IMG/VR virus record: IMGVR_UViG_3300021425_000043
Coordinates: 1 to 58,431 of that record
Reading direction: 5' to 3' (one strand)
Origin: a virus
Lineage: Duplodnaviria; Caudoviricetes
Length of the DNA stretch: 58,431 bases
Shown one piece after another: positions 6,981-16,487 of the stretch. Each line of letters begins with the position of its first letter. Positions within the stretch are counted from its first letter, which is position 1. The position numbers and the translations under genes were made by a program. Below the pieces are notes generated by a model. The model did not search any database and was not told the origin of the DNA. It saw nothing but the letters and a program-made list of their open reading frames with translations.

Positions 6981-8624
6981 GTGACGGACATTACCAAGAT
7001 AGAATGCTATAAGTGCAAAAAACTTTTAGCAGATAATTTAGTCCTACCCAAAGGGCTATGTGTTTACTGCGCGGCCGACGAAGCAGACAAACTACCACAG
7101 CCCCAAAAACAAGAAAAAGTTTCACAAAAAGAACAAAACGCTCAAATTAGAGCTGAACAAGAGTTGGCTAAACGTATTTTATCTAGAAAACGTATGCTGC
7201 CTTTTGTAGAAAAGTTTAACCCAGACTACCAAGCAGGCTGGGTACACAAAGATATATGTAATAGGTTAGAGAAATTTAGCCAAGACGTAGCAGATGAGAA
7301 ATCCCCAAGACTTATGCTGTTCATGCCCCCTCGTCATGGTAAATCTACTCTTGCAAGTATTGCCTTTCCTGCTTGGCACCTCGGACGTAACCCCGGACAT
7401 GAGTTTATAAGTTGTTCATATTCAGGCTCGTTAGCTATGAGTTTTTCTAGGAAAGTTAGACAAGTACTCAGAGAGCCAAATTATAAAAAAGTTTTTGAAT
7501 CTACTAAATTAGACAAAGATTCACAGTCTGTAGAGTCCTGGCAAACAACCCAAGGCGGCGGTTATGTAGCAGCTGGTGTCGGTGGTGGTATCACCGGTAA
7601 AGGTGCGCATATATTATTGATCGACGACCCGGTAAAAAACAGAGAAGATGCGGAATCAGAAAATAACAGAGAGGCAACCTGGGATTGGTATACTTCTACT
7701 GCCTATACTCGTTTGGCTCCAGGTGGCGGCATCTTAGTTATTTTGACAAGATGGCACGATGACGATTTAGCGGGCCGTTTACTAACGGCTAGTGAAAACG
7801 GTGCGGATGACTGGGAAGTAGTTAAGTATCCAGCAATTGCAGAAGAAGATGAAGAGTTTCGTGCAACAGGTGAGCCGCTGCACCCTGAACGGTACAGCGT
7901 AGAATCTTTAGAAAAAATACAAAAAGCCATAGGGCCTAGAGATTGGACTGCTTTGTATCAACAAAACCCAGTATCAGATGAGGGTGATTATTTTACTAGG
8001 GATATGGTTCAATATTATGACCCACCCGACCTAGATTATGATAGACTTCGATATTATTGCGCGTGGGATTTAGCAATTGGACAAAGAGATCGAAACGATT
8101 ACTCTGTTGGAGTAATGGTAGGGATCGACGAGTACGATAATATGTTTGTAGTTGATATTGTTCGAGGTAAATACGACGGTTTTGAGCTTGTAGAAAAAAT
8201 ATTAGATTTGTACGAGCAATGGCGACCAGGAATTGTCGGTATAGAGAAAGGGCACATAGAAATGGCTATTGGTCCTTTTCTACAGAAACGTGTAGCAGAA
8301 CGTAATTTACATTCTGCATATTTTAAAGATTTAAAAGTAGGTAGACGTGATAAAGAAGCAAGGGCTAGAGCTATCCAAGGTAGGATGCAACAGGGTAGAG
8401 TTTTTGTTCCAGAAAATGCAGTCTGGACTGGGCCTCTTGTGGCTGAACTTTTGCGTTTTCCTAACGGCGTGCATGATGACCAAGTTGATGCTTTGGCCTG
8501 GGTTGGTTTGATGATGACAGAGTACGCTAGTTTTTATGAAGCTCCAGAGCATGTACCTTCGTGGAGAGATAGGTTAAACTTAATTGCAAAAGGGCCGAAA
8601 AAGAAATCGGCAATGAGTGCGTAG
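6981..8624 (+). CDS. terL: terminase large subunit
   Basis: MPPRHGKST Walker A, LLIDDP Walker B, TRWH coupling motif, C-terminal WDLA and HDDQVD nuclease; N-terminal CxxC..CxxC. Confidence 0.92.
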   Translation: MTDITKIECYKCKKLLADNLVLPKGLCVYCAADEADKLPQPQKQEKVSQKEQNAQIRAEQELAKRILSRKRMLPFVEKFNPDYQAGWVHKDICNRLEKFSQDVADEKSPRLMLFMPPRHGKSTLASIAFPAWHLGRNPGHEFISCSYSGSLAMSFSRKVRQVLREPNYKKVFESTKLDKDSQSVESWQTTQGGGYVAAGVGGGITGKGAHILLIDDPVKNREDAESENNREATWDWYTSTAYTRLAPGGGILVILTRWHDDDLAGRLLTASENGADDWEVVKYPAIAEEDEEFRATGEPLHPERYSVESLEKIQKAIGPRDWTALYQQNPVSDEGDYFTRDMVQYYDPPDLDYDRLRYYCAWDLAIGQRDRNDYSVGVMVGIDEYDNMFVVDIVRGKYDGFELVEKILDLYEQWRPGIVGIEKGHIEMAIGPFLQKRVAERNLHSAYFKDLKVGRRDKEARARAIQGRMQQGRVFVPENAVWTGPLVAELLRFPNGVHDDQVDALAWVGLMMTEYASFYEAPEHVPSWRDRLNLIAKGPKKKSAMSA

Positions 8625-8625
8625 T

Positions 8626-10731
8626 ATGGCATATAGTAAAAAGAAAAAACAAACAGTAAAAGAAGCTCAAGAACTTGAACTAGCAAAGAGTCAATTTAAT
8701 GCGTATGTTAGAGCAAGAGACCATGGCCATGATGATTATATTGACATGGCTAAAAAATGCGATGCTTATTATAGAGGTGAGCAATGGGATGAGTTTGATA
8801 TGCAACAGCTCGATGACCAAGGTAGGCCTGCTTTAACCATTAATACTATTTTACCTACCATAAATGCAGTTTTAGCAGAACAAAGTTCAAAAAAAGCAGA
8901 TATACAATTTAAGCCTAGAGGCGGAGGCGATCAAGATATCGCAGACGTTCTTACACAGGTATATGGTTATATTTCAGACTACAACAAACTTGATTGGGTT
9001 GAATCGCAAGTATTTTCCGATGGTCTTATCCAAGACCGTGGTTGGTTTGATGTTCGTATTGATTTTACTGAACACGTGCAGGGCGAAATAACCATTGAAT
9101 CAAAAGACCCGTTGGATATTCTTATAGACCCTGATGCAAAACATTATGACCCAAAAACTTGGAATGAGATATTTGAAACTAAGTGGATGAGTTTAGATGA
9201 AATAGAAGAGACCTATGGGCAAGATAAAGCTGATAAGTTAAGAATGTTAGCAGAAACAGGTACCACTTTAGGCGCAGACTCTATGGAGTTTGAAGAAGAG
9301 AGATACGGAGATACTGACGAATATAACTACGGACAACAGTACCCCGGGGATCCTGAGAATGCACGAATGCTCAGGTCTATTAGAGTAATAGAAAGACAAT
9401 ATTACAGGTTAGATGATTGCATGTTTTATGTTGACCCTGTTACAGGCGATAAAAGAAAAGTTCCTAATCATTGGTCAAAAAAGAAAAGAGAAACGTTTGC
9501 TGATGAATATGCTCTAGAGATAATGGAGAAAAAAATGCGACGGGTCCGTTGGACAGTGACAGCAGATTCAGTTGTCTTGTTTGATGACTATTCTCCTTAT
9601 GACCATTTTACACTCGTGCCTTATTTTCCATACTTTCGAAGAGGAAAACCGTTTGGCATGGTCCGAAATTTATTATCTCCACAAGAACAATTAAATAAAA
9701 TTTCTTCACAAGAGCTGCACATTGTTAATACAACAGCTAACAGTGGTTGGATAGTGGAATCTGGTTCTCTTTCTGGTATGACAGCAGATGATCTGGAAGA
9801 ACACGGTGCAGAAACTGGCTTAGTTTTAGAGTATAATCGTGGCTCTACACCTCCTGGTAAGATACCACCTAATCAAATACCTACCGGTTTAGATAGAATC
9901 AGCCAAAAAGCAGCAGTTAATATTAAACAAATAAGCGGCATTGGAGATGCTATGTTAGGGCAAACAAGCCCGGAGCTTTCTGGTGTGGCAATTAAGTCCT
10001 TAGAAAATAGAGGCTCTTTGATGTTACAGGTGCCTTTAGATAACTTAGCAAAGACAAGGCAGTATCTTGCTGAAAAGATATTATCAATGATTCAGGCTTA
10101 CTACACAGAAGAACGTGTTATTCAAATAACAGACCAATCTGATCCTTACAAACCTAGAAAAAAATTAAGAGTAAATCAAATGACACCTGAAGGTGAAATT
10201 ATTAATGATTTAACCTTAGGAGACTATGATGTTATTGTAGGTACAGCTCCTGCTAGAGACAACTTTGATGAAATGCAGTTTGCTGAAGCTATTGAACTTA
10301 GAAGCGCGGGTGTCCCAATACCAGATGATATGATTGTTGAATACTCTCACCTATCACGTAAAGCAGATATTGCAGAAAGAATTAGACAAATGCAGGGCAC
10401 TGCTCCACCGTCTGACGAACAGATACAGTTACAACAGTTCCAAATGGAGTCGCAGATCAGAAGTACGCAGCTTGAGATTGCTAAATTAGAAGCAGAAGTT
10501 GCAAGATTACAAACAGAAGCGCAACTTAACCAGGCTAAGACGCAAGCAACTGCAGCAGATCCACAGTTGAAGGTTGCTGAATTACAGAGTAAAATCCAAA
10601 CTAAGCAAGAGGAGCTTCAGTTACGTGAAAGGCTATCAGCTTTAACGAATGACATGAGGAAAAACCAAAGCGATACTGCAGCTGCTGCCAAGATGGCGGC
10701 TGCGGCCATGAAACCAACAGGAGGTAATTAA
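8626..10731 (+). CDS. portal protein (P22-like)
   Basis: ~700 aa after terL; 'YYRGEQW', 'GRPALTINTI', 'SGVAI' motifs and C-terminal coiled-coil barrel. Confidence 0.85.
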   Translation: MAYSKKKKQTVKEAQELELAKSQFNAYVRARDHGHDDYIDMAKKCDAYYRGEQWDEFDMQQLDDQGRPALTINTILPTINAVLAEQSSKKADIQFKPRGGGDQDIADVLTQVYGYISDYNKLDWVESQVFSDGLIQDRGWFDVRIDFTEHVQGEITIESKDPLDILIDPDAKHYDPKTWNEIFETKWMSLDEIEETYGQDKADKLRMLAETGTTLGADSMEFEEERYGDTDEYNYGQQYPGDPENARMLRSIRVIERQYYRLDDCMFYVDPVTGDKRKVPNHWSKKKRETFADEYALEIMEKKMRRVRWTVTADSVVLFDDYSPYDHFTLVPYFPYFRRGKPFGMVRNLLSPQEQLNKISSQELHIVNTTANSGWIVESGSLSGMTADDLEEHGAETGLVLEYNRGSTPPGKIPPNQIPTGLDRISQKAAVNIKQISGIGDAMLGQTSPELSGVAIKSLENRGSLMLQVPLDNLAKTRQYLAEKILSMIQAYYTEERVIQITDQSDPYKPRKKLRVNQMTPEGEIINDLTLGDYDVIVGTAPARDNFDEMQFAEAIELRSAGVPIPDDMIVEYSHLSRKADIAERIRQMQGTAPPSDEQIQLQQFQMESQIRSTQLEIAKLEAEVARLQTEAQLNQAKTQATAADPQLKVAELQSKIQTKQEELQLRERLSALTNDMRKNQSDTAAAAKMAAAAMKPTGGN

Positions 10732-10732
10732 T

Positions 10733-11770
10733 ATGGCAAAAGATAATAACACCCCGGATGATAAAATCGAACTAGAGGTAATGCCTGGAGCAGACCCTAT
10801 TTCTGAAGAAGATGCGAAAGGGTTTGAAGTTGATATGAACTTTGAATCACCTGAAGAAGATGAAATAGAATTTCCCAAGGAGGAAGAAATTGAAGAAGTC
10901 GAAGAGCTTAAGGCTGAAGAAGAACCATCTGAAGAGTCTGAAGAGGAAGCAGAAGAGGAAGATGTTGAACCTGCAGACGAAGACACAGAAGATTCAGGAG
11001 AAGAAACAGTACTGGCAGATGATGAGGGAGATGCACAACAACCTGTTGAACCAGTACAGGAAAAATCTGAGGAACCAAAAGAACCTATGATTCCAAAGTC
11101 TAGGTTTGATGAAGTTCTAGCAAAACAAAAAGCGTTACAAAAGAAAGTAGAGGAACTTTCTAATCCTGTTGAAAGAATAGAAAAAGCTCCAGAGTTTGAC
11201 TTTGATGCTAAAGAAGTTGAGTACCAAGAGTTGATTCTAAATGGACAAGCCGCAGAAGCCGCTAAGTTAAGAGCAGAAATTAGAGCAGCCGAGAAGCAAA
11301 CTATGATGTTTGAGGTACAAAACCAAATGGGCCAAACGGTGCAACAGAGCACTGAAACTATGAGACTACAGCAAAAAGCAGCTGAAGTTGCAGAGAAGCA
11401 TCCGATTCTAGATGAAAGTAGTTCAAAGTATGATGAGGTAAAAACTCAAGAAGTTTTAGGTTTAAGAGATGCATACATTATCCAAGGGTATGAAGGCGCA
11501 GATGCTTTGCAAAAAGCAGTAGACTTATTAATTCCTACTGTTGTGGAACCTGTACCTCTTAATGAACCTACTCCAGTGCAACAAAAAGTTATAGAGAAAA
11601 AACAAGTTGCTAATACTAAAAAGAAGATAGAAGCAGCTGAAAAACAGCCACCTGCTATGAAAGGTAAAAACAAAACAGAAAAAAAAGTTGATATTAATGC
11701 AATGTCAATCGAAGAATTTGATGCTTTACCTGCTGAAACTTTACGCAGAATGCGTGGTGATTTTGGATAA
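10733..11770 (+). CDS. capsid scaffolding protein
   Basis: Acidic N-terminus, 'IPKSRFDEV' motif, coiled coils; between portal and capsid gene. Confidence 0.7.
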   Translation: MAKDNNTPDDKIELEVMPGADPISEEDAKGFEVDMNFESPEEDEIEFPKEEEIEEVEELKAEEEPSEESEEEAEEEDVEPADEDTEDSGEETVLADDEGDAQQPVEPVQEKSEEPKEPMIPKSRFDEVLAKQKALQKKVEELSNPVERIEKAPEFDFDAKEVEYQELILNGQAAEAAKLRAEIRAAEKQTMMFEVQNQMGQTVQQSTETMRLQQKAAEVAEKHPILDESSSKYDEVKTQEVLGLRDAYIIQGYEGADALQKAVDLLIPTVVEPVPLNEPTPVQQKVIEKKQVANTKKKIEAAEKQPPAMKGKNKTEKKVDINAMSIEEFDALPAETLRRMRGDFG

Positions 11771-11772
11771 AG

Positions 11773-11982
11773 TGTGGTATAAAATAAATAAGTTCGCACG
11801 TAAGAGCGATATCTTACCGGGGTCGTGTCCGTAAAAAACGTTATTCGCCTGTTAGTGCGTAAAACTATCCGGGTTCGTAATCCGTAAACAACGAGAGCGT
11901 CACCCCAACGACAAAGGGTACACGGATAAAAAGTCGCTCCAAAAGTCGACTGGTTAATTAATTTAATGATAGGAGAAATATC
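11773..11982 (+). ncRNA. putative structured 5' leader of major capsid gene
   Basis: TGTGGTATAAAAT promoter-like element, then four hairpins with CGTAA in the loops. Confidence 0.5.
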
Positions 11983-13128
11983 ATGGCAAATACTAACTTT
12001 GCTTCTTTGACCAGTGAACAGCTTACTATCTGGTCTAGAGATTTCTGGCGTGTAGCTAGAAATATGTCCTTCATTAACCAATTCGCGGGTAGCGGAAACA
12101 ACGCTATGGTTCAGAGAATATCTGAGCTTACCCAATCAGAAAAGGGAGCTAGAGCTGTATTAACACTTTTAGCTGACATGACTGGTGACGGTATTGTTGG
12201 AGACAACACTCTCGAAGGTAATGAAGAATCACTAAGAGCGTTCGACATAGTCGTAACAATCGACCAACTAAGATTTGCGAACAGACTGTCAGGTAGACTG
12301 GCTGATCAAAAATCAGTTGTGAACTTCAGGGAACATTCAAGAGATGCTCTTGCTTATGCAATGGCTGACAGAATGGACCAATTAGCATTCCTTACACTAA
12401 GTGGTATTGGATATAACTTGAAAAACAATGGTGGTCTAAGAGCCTCAATGAATTCAGGTCAAAACCTAAACGACTTAGAGTTCTCAAGCTCTGTAAGTGC
12501 GCCAACTTCTAATAGACATAGAAGAGTGGATGCAACTAACGGTCTTGTAGCTGGTGATGTTACTGCTTTAGAAGCAGCTGACAAAATAAGCTACAGCACT
12601 ATTGTAGATCTAAAAGCTTACGCTAAAGATCAATACATTAGAGGACTAAGAGGTGCGGGTAACGACGAGACATTCCATCTCTTCGTAACACCACAAGTAA
12701 TGGCTGACCTAAAACTTGATTCAGACTTCCTTGCTAACGTAAGAAATGCTGGAGTAAGAGGGCCAGGTTCAAGCTTGTTCTCAGGTTCATCATCTCTAAT
12801 GGTTGATGGCATCATGGTTCACGAGTTTAGACATGTGTTTAATACAAGTGGCGCTTTAACCGGTACTTCAGCAAATGCTGGTGCTGCTGGTTATAAAGGT
12901 GGTGCAGATGCAGACATAAACTACTCAAGATGTTTATTCTGTGGCGCTCAATCATTAGCTATGGCAGATATTGGTATACCAGAGATAGTAGAAGATACCT
13001 TCGACTATGGTAACCAAAACGGTATTTCAATTGGTAAAATCTTCGGACTCAAGAAGCCAGTCTACAATTCAGACCACACAGGTCAGGATGAAGACTTCGG
13101 CGTTATTGCGTTAGATGTAGCATACTAA
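11983..13128 (+). CDS. major capsid protein (N4-gp56/DUF4043-like, HK97 fold)
   Basis: 381 aa after scaffold, strong RBS, 'GDNTLEGNEE', 'IDQLRFA', 'DYGN..GIS', 'EDFGVI' motifs. Confidence 0.85.
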   Translation: MANTNFASLTSEQLTIWSRDFWRVARNMSFINQFAGSGNNAMVQRISELTQSEKGARAVLTLLADMTGDGIVGDNTLEGNEESLRAFDIVVTIDQLRFANRLSGRLADQKSVVNFREHSRDALAYAMADRMDQLAFLTLSGIGYNLKNNGGLRASMNSGQNLNDLEFSSSVSAPTSNRHRRVDATNGLVAGDVTALEAADKISYSTIVDLKAYAKDQYIRGLRGAGNDETFHLFVTPQVMADLKLDSDFLANVRNAGVRGPGSSLFSGSSSLMVDGIMVHEFRHVFNTSGALTGTSANAGAAGYKGGADADINYSRCLFCGAQSLAMADIGIPEIVEDTFDYGNQNGISIGKIFGLKKPVYNSDHTGQDEDFGVIALDVAY

Positions 13129-13141
13129 TTGTGGTATATTT

Positions 13142-13172
13142 TATGGGTGGCTTTTGTTAGCCACCCATATTT
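13142..13172 (+). terminator. hairpin after capsid gene
   Basis: TATGGGTGGCT/AGCCACCCATA 11-bp stem followed by TTT. Confidence 0.65.
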
Positions 13173-13184
13173 AAGGAGAAAATT

Positions 13185-13547
13185 ATGTGGATAGTATCAA
13201 ACGAAGACAAATCAGTAGCATCTACTTGGGGTGCAGTTATACACTTAAAAGCTGGCGAACCTAGACAAGTTGGTGATGATTTAGGTTTACTTTGTTTACA
13301 AGCCGGATGCACGGAAGTAAAAGACATTAAACAAGCCCCAGTAGTAGAACCTGCTCCTATAGTAGAAGAAGTTTCAATAGAGGAAGAAGCTGTTATAGAG
13401 GAAGCTCCAGCAGTTGAAGACCCAAAACCAAACTTTGAAGGTATGACTAAAGTAGAGCTAGAAGAATACGGTAGAACTATTGGAATAGAATTAGACAGGC
13501 GCAAAAAGAAATCAGATTTAATAGCAGAGCTTGAACAAGCGGAGTAA
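13185..13547 (+). CDS. hypothetical head-associated protein with C-terminal HeH/Rho-N-like motif
   Basis: 'MTKVELEEYGRTIGIELDRRKKKSDLI' helix-extension-helix pattern. Confidence 0.6.
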   Translation: MWIVSNEDKSVASTWGAVIHLKAGEPRQVGDDLGLLCLQAGCTEVKDIKQAPVVEPAPIVEEVSIEEEAVIEEAPAVEDPKPNFEGMTKVELEEYGRTIGIELDRRKKKSDLIAELEQAE

Positions 13548-13553
13548 TAAATT

Positions 13554-14267
13554 ATGGCAGGGACACTCACGGGCACTAATTTACTAGATCGAATTAGGGA
13601 CACTTTACAAGATACAACCAGTGTTAGATGGACTGAGGCTGAGCTTTTAAATTATATAAATGACGCTCAGAGAGAGATTGTTAATTTTAGACCAGAATCT
13701 AGCGCTACTACAACAAATGTTCAATTAGTTACAGGTACAAAACAAACTTTACCCTCAGGTGGGTTGAGGCTAATCAAAATAACTAGGAACATGTCTGATG
13801 CTTCTGGTGGTGCTACAGGTAAAAGAGCGATTAGAATAGTAAACGTAGATATTCTTAACACACAAGAGCCAGATTGGCACGATGGGAACGTATCTACACA
13901 TGGAACAACTGTTAAACATTATGTTTTTGACGACGATGATCCTCGCAATTACTATGTTTATCCTGGAGTATCCGGTAACGCTTATGTAGAAATTGTTTAC
14001 TCAGCTGCACCTACAGATTTATCAGCAGCTAGTGAGACCATTAGTGTTGATGATATTTATGCTAACCCTATTATTGATTTTGTTCTCTATAGAGCATATA
14101 TGAAAGATGCGGAGTACGCAGGAAACTCTCAAAGGGCAAGCACACATTATCAGTTGTTTACAGCAAGTATAGGCCAAGGCGGTCAAGCACAAATGTTGTT
14201 AGACCCAAACAATGATATGGTTTCTAATATAGGGTCTGTTCCAAAAATAATGCAGCAAGGAGGATAA
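13554..14267 (+). CDS. head-tail adaptor protein
   Basis: 'VRWTEAELLNYINDAQREI' and 'FVLYRAYMKDAEY' patterns; position after capsid. Confidence 0.65.
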   Translation: MAGTLTGTNLLDRIRDTLQDTTSVRWTEAELLNYINDAQREIVNFRPESSATTTNVQLVTGTKQTLPSGGLRLIKITRNMSDASGGATGKRAIRIVNVDILNTQEPDWHDGNVSTHGTTVKHYVFDDDDPRNYYVYPGVSGNAYVEIVYSAAPTDLSAASETISVDDIYANPIIDFVLYRAYMKDAEYAGNSQRASTHYQLFTASIGQGGQAQMLLDPNNDMVSNIGSVPKIMQQGG

Positions 14268-14268
14268 G

Positions 14269-14943
14269 GTGGCAGCCTATTCTTCTTTAGTTAAAGAAAT
14301 TTTACCCTACGTACCTTTATGCCCAGACCCTTTAGTGGAACAAAATATACGTTCTGCGACTATTGAGTTTTGCGAAAGGTCAAAAGCTTATATATTAGAC
14401 ATGGATCCATTCAACACTATTGCAGGTGTTTACGAGTATGATTTTGATCTTCCAGTAGCTACAGAAGTTCATCAAGTTTTATACATGACCCACGACGGTA
14501 ACGATATGGATCCTATAAGCCCTAGGAGCTTAGAATTAAACTACCCAGACTGGAGAAATAGAACAGGTAACCCTCATGTATACTTGCAAAAGTCACCAAG
14601 TCTATTTTGGATTGTGCCTGTCCCAAGTGGGGCAAAAGAAGTTATAGCTAGTGTAGCTTTAAAACCAACCCGAACAAGTAATAATATTGATACTACAGTA
14701 GCTAATCAGTATAGAGATGCTTTAATTTATGGGACTTTGTACAGATTGCTAAGACTTCCCAACAGAGAGTGGACAGATGTAGCTGCTGCACAAGAGTATC
14801 TATACCAGTTTAACTTAGAAATAAAACAAGCAGAATTAAGAGCTCGAGGCGGAGATTTAGGAGTCAAAAGGACTGTTAAATATAAAGGCATAGGGCTACC
14901 TAGGAGACGGTATGGCAGATACGGAAAGGAAATCGACTATTGA
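14269..14943 (+). CDS. second adaptor or tail tubular-like protein
   Basis: 224 aa, 'IRSATIEFCERS', 'YRDALIYGTLYRL'; synteny. Confidence 0.55.
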   Translation: MAAYSSLVKEILPYVPLCPDPLVEQNIRSATIEFCERSKAYILDMDPFNTIAGVYEYDFDLPVATEVHQVLYMTHDGNDMDPISPRSLELNYPDWRNRTGNPHVYLQKSPSLFWIVPVPSGAKEVIASVALKPTRTSNNIDTTVANQYRDALIYGTLYRLLRLPNREWTDVAAAQEYLYQFNLEIKQAELRARGGDLGVKRTVKYKGIGLPRRRYGRYGKEIDY

Positions 14944-15340
14944 AGATTTTGTCTGCGTTGATATACGCACTTGCTGGGAAGAAGTAAAGCCCGGTATTGT
15001 TGAAATTCTTAAAGATAGGACTTTAAGTTATAGAGCTGAAGACGTTTATGCAGCTTGTGTGAATAACAAAGCTTATCTGTATAAAGCTGATCATAGTTTT
15101 GTAATTCTTACTATTGAAGTAGATGAGTTTACCAATGAGCAGACTTTATTTATTTGGTTAGGCTACGCGTATGAGAAAGGCACAAATGTTTGGGCTCAAA
15201 AACGAGATTGGTTTGATCAACTTGCTAAAAGTATAGGTTGCAGATATATAGCAGCTCATACTAAAATTAAGGAATTAGAATCCTATTTTCTAAAAGAAGG
15301 ATGGGAATTGGATACAAGGGTATTTAGGAGAAAAGTTTAA
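14912..15340 (+). CDS. hypothetical protein, possible GNAT-like fold
   Basis: 142 aa; 'AKSIGCRYI...LKEGW' pattern; position before ejection genes. Confidence 0.5.
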   Translation: MADTERKSTIEDFVCVDIRTCWEEVKPGIVEILKDRTLSYRAEDVYAACVNNKAYLYKADHSFVILTIEVDEFTNEQTLFIWLGYAYEKGTNVWAQKRDWFDQLAKSIGCRYIAAHTKIKELESYFLKEGWELDTRVFRRKV

Positions 15341-15945
15341 TGGGCGGATTTGTAAGAAAAATAACAGGTAAACCTAAAAAAGAAAGATATAAAGCTACTT
15401 CTATGGAGAAGTTCCAAACCCAGTTTAGTACTGAGTTGTTAAAAAGATTAGATCCTAATATTAGAAACGTTATAAGCGCTATTCGGGATTATGGTTCGCA
15501 AGATTTTGCGTCAGAGCAAGAAGGTATTGCTAATTTTGATGCAATGAAAGCTGCTTCTACAATTCCAGGTCCTATTGGTACCGGTGTTGCGCTCGGTATT
15601 GGGGTGGGTAATATTATGAAGAGAACTAGTAATGTTGATCAATCAGCAGATAGATTAATTGGAACTCTGTCTAATATGTCAACTGCTTCTACTAAAGGTA
15701 AGGTAAAAGCAACAGAAGCTAATATGCTCGCTGTAAAAGGTCAAGCTGGTGAGTTTGATACCCTTACAAAAGGCATAGGGGCAAACGTTAAATTATCTAC
15801 TTCAGACTTGTTAGGACAAGCTGCTTATAAAACTAAACGAGATTCAGCAGCTATGAATTTGTTTATGCCCGCTTTTACAGCCGCAGGTGCTGCAGCTGGT
15901 AACGCTTTAACAGACTCTTCAGCTACAGAGGACGGAGATAAATAA
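15340..15945 (+). CDS. putative internal virion (ejection) protein
   Basis: Ala/Gly-rich helical protein in podovirus-like ejectosome position. Confidence 0.5.
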   Translation: MGGFVRKITGKPKKERYKATSMEKFQTQFSTELLKRLDPNIRNVISAIRDYGSQDFASEQEGIANFDAMKAASTIPGPIGTGVALGIGVGNIMKRTSNVDQSADRLIGTLSNMSTASTKGKVKATEANMLAVKGQAGEFDTLTKGIGANVKLSTSDLLGQAAYKTKRDSAAMNLFMPAFTAAGAAAGNALTDSSATEDGDK

Positions 15946-16487
15946 TGGCTTTAGATCCAGGATATGACCCAACAGGACAACTAGAAGGGTTTTTACGTTC
16001 AGATTATGATCGTTTTATGAAAGAAGATGCGCCTTTTCAAGAACGTCTTCTTAGACAAGCTATGTCAGACACTTCAATTATTGATAGAGCTCGAACTATT
16101 GCGCCTAGAGAGATAGAAAAACAAAATCAAATTATGCGTCGTAATTTAGAAAGATACGGTGGAGGGAATTTAACACCGGCACAAAGACGGGAAATGAATA
16201 GAGCTCAACAAAGAGGCGGACAACTTGCAACGGCTAATACGATTAATCTAGCGAGAAGGAACCAAAGAGAAGTTAATCAAGCTTTAAGAGCGCAGCTGTT
16301 GTCTGTTTTTAATAGACAAAAATCACAAGCAACCGGTATGTTGGCACAATCTGGTCTTGCTCAAGTTTCTAGAGAGAATGCGTATAGAAATGCAAAAGCT
16401 TCTTATAGAGGAAATTTGTTTAGACTTGGCGGAGCTTTAATTAGTGGCGCTATCAAAGGGGCTACAGGGGGTGCAAGCGGTGGCTAA
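15945..16487 (+). CDS. putative internal virion (ejection) protein
   Basis: Gln/Arg/Ala helical body with Gly-rich hydrophobic C-terminus. Confidence 0.55.
   Translation: MALDPGYDPTGQLEGFLRSDYDRFMKEDAPFQERLLRQAMSDTSIIDRARTIAPREIEKQNQIMRRNLERYGGGNLTPAQRREMNRAQQRGGQLATANTINLARRNQREVNQALRAQLLSVFNRQKSQATGMLAQSGLAQVSRENAYRNAKASYRGNLFRLGGALISGAIKGATGGASGG

Noticed and set aside
10642-13603. Long antisense ORFs 10642-11352, 11446-12135 and 13157-13603
   Set aside because: Shadows of scaffold, capsid and acidic genes; Ser-rich mirror composition and no RBS
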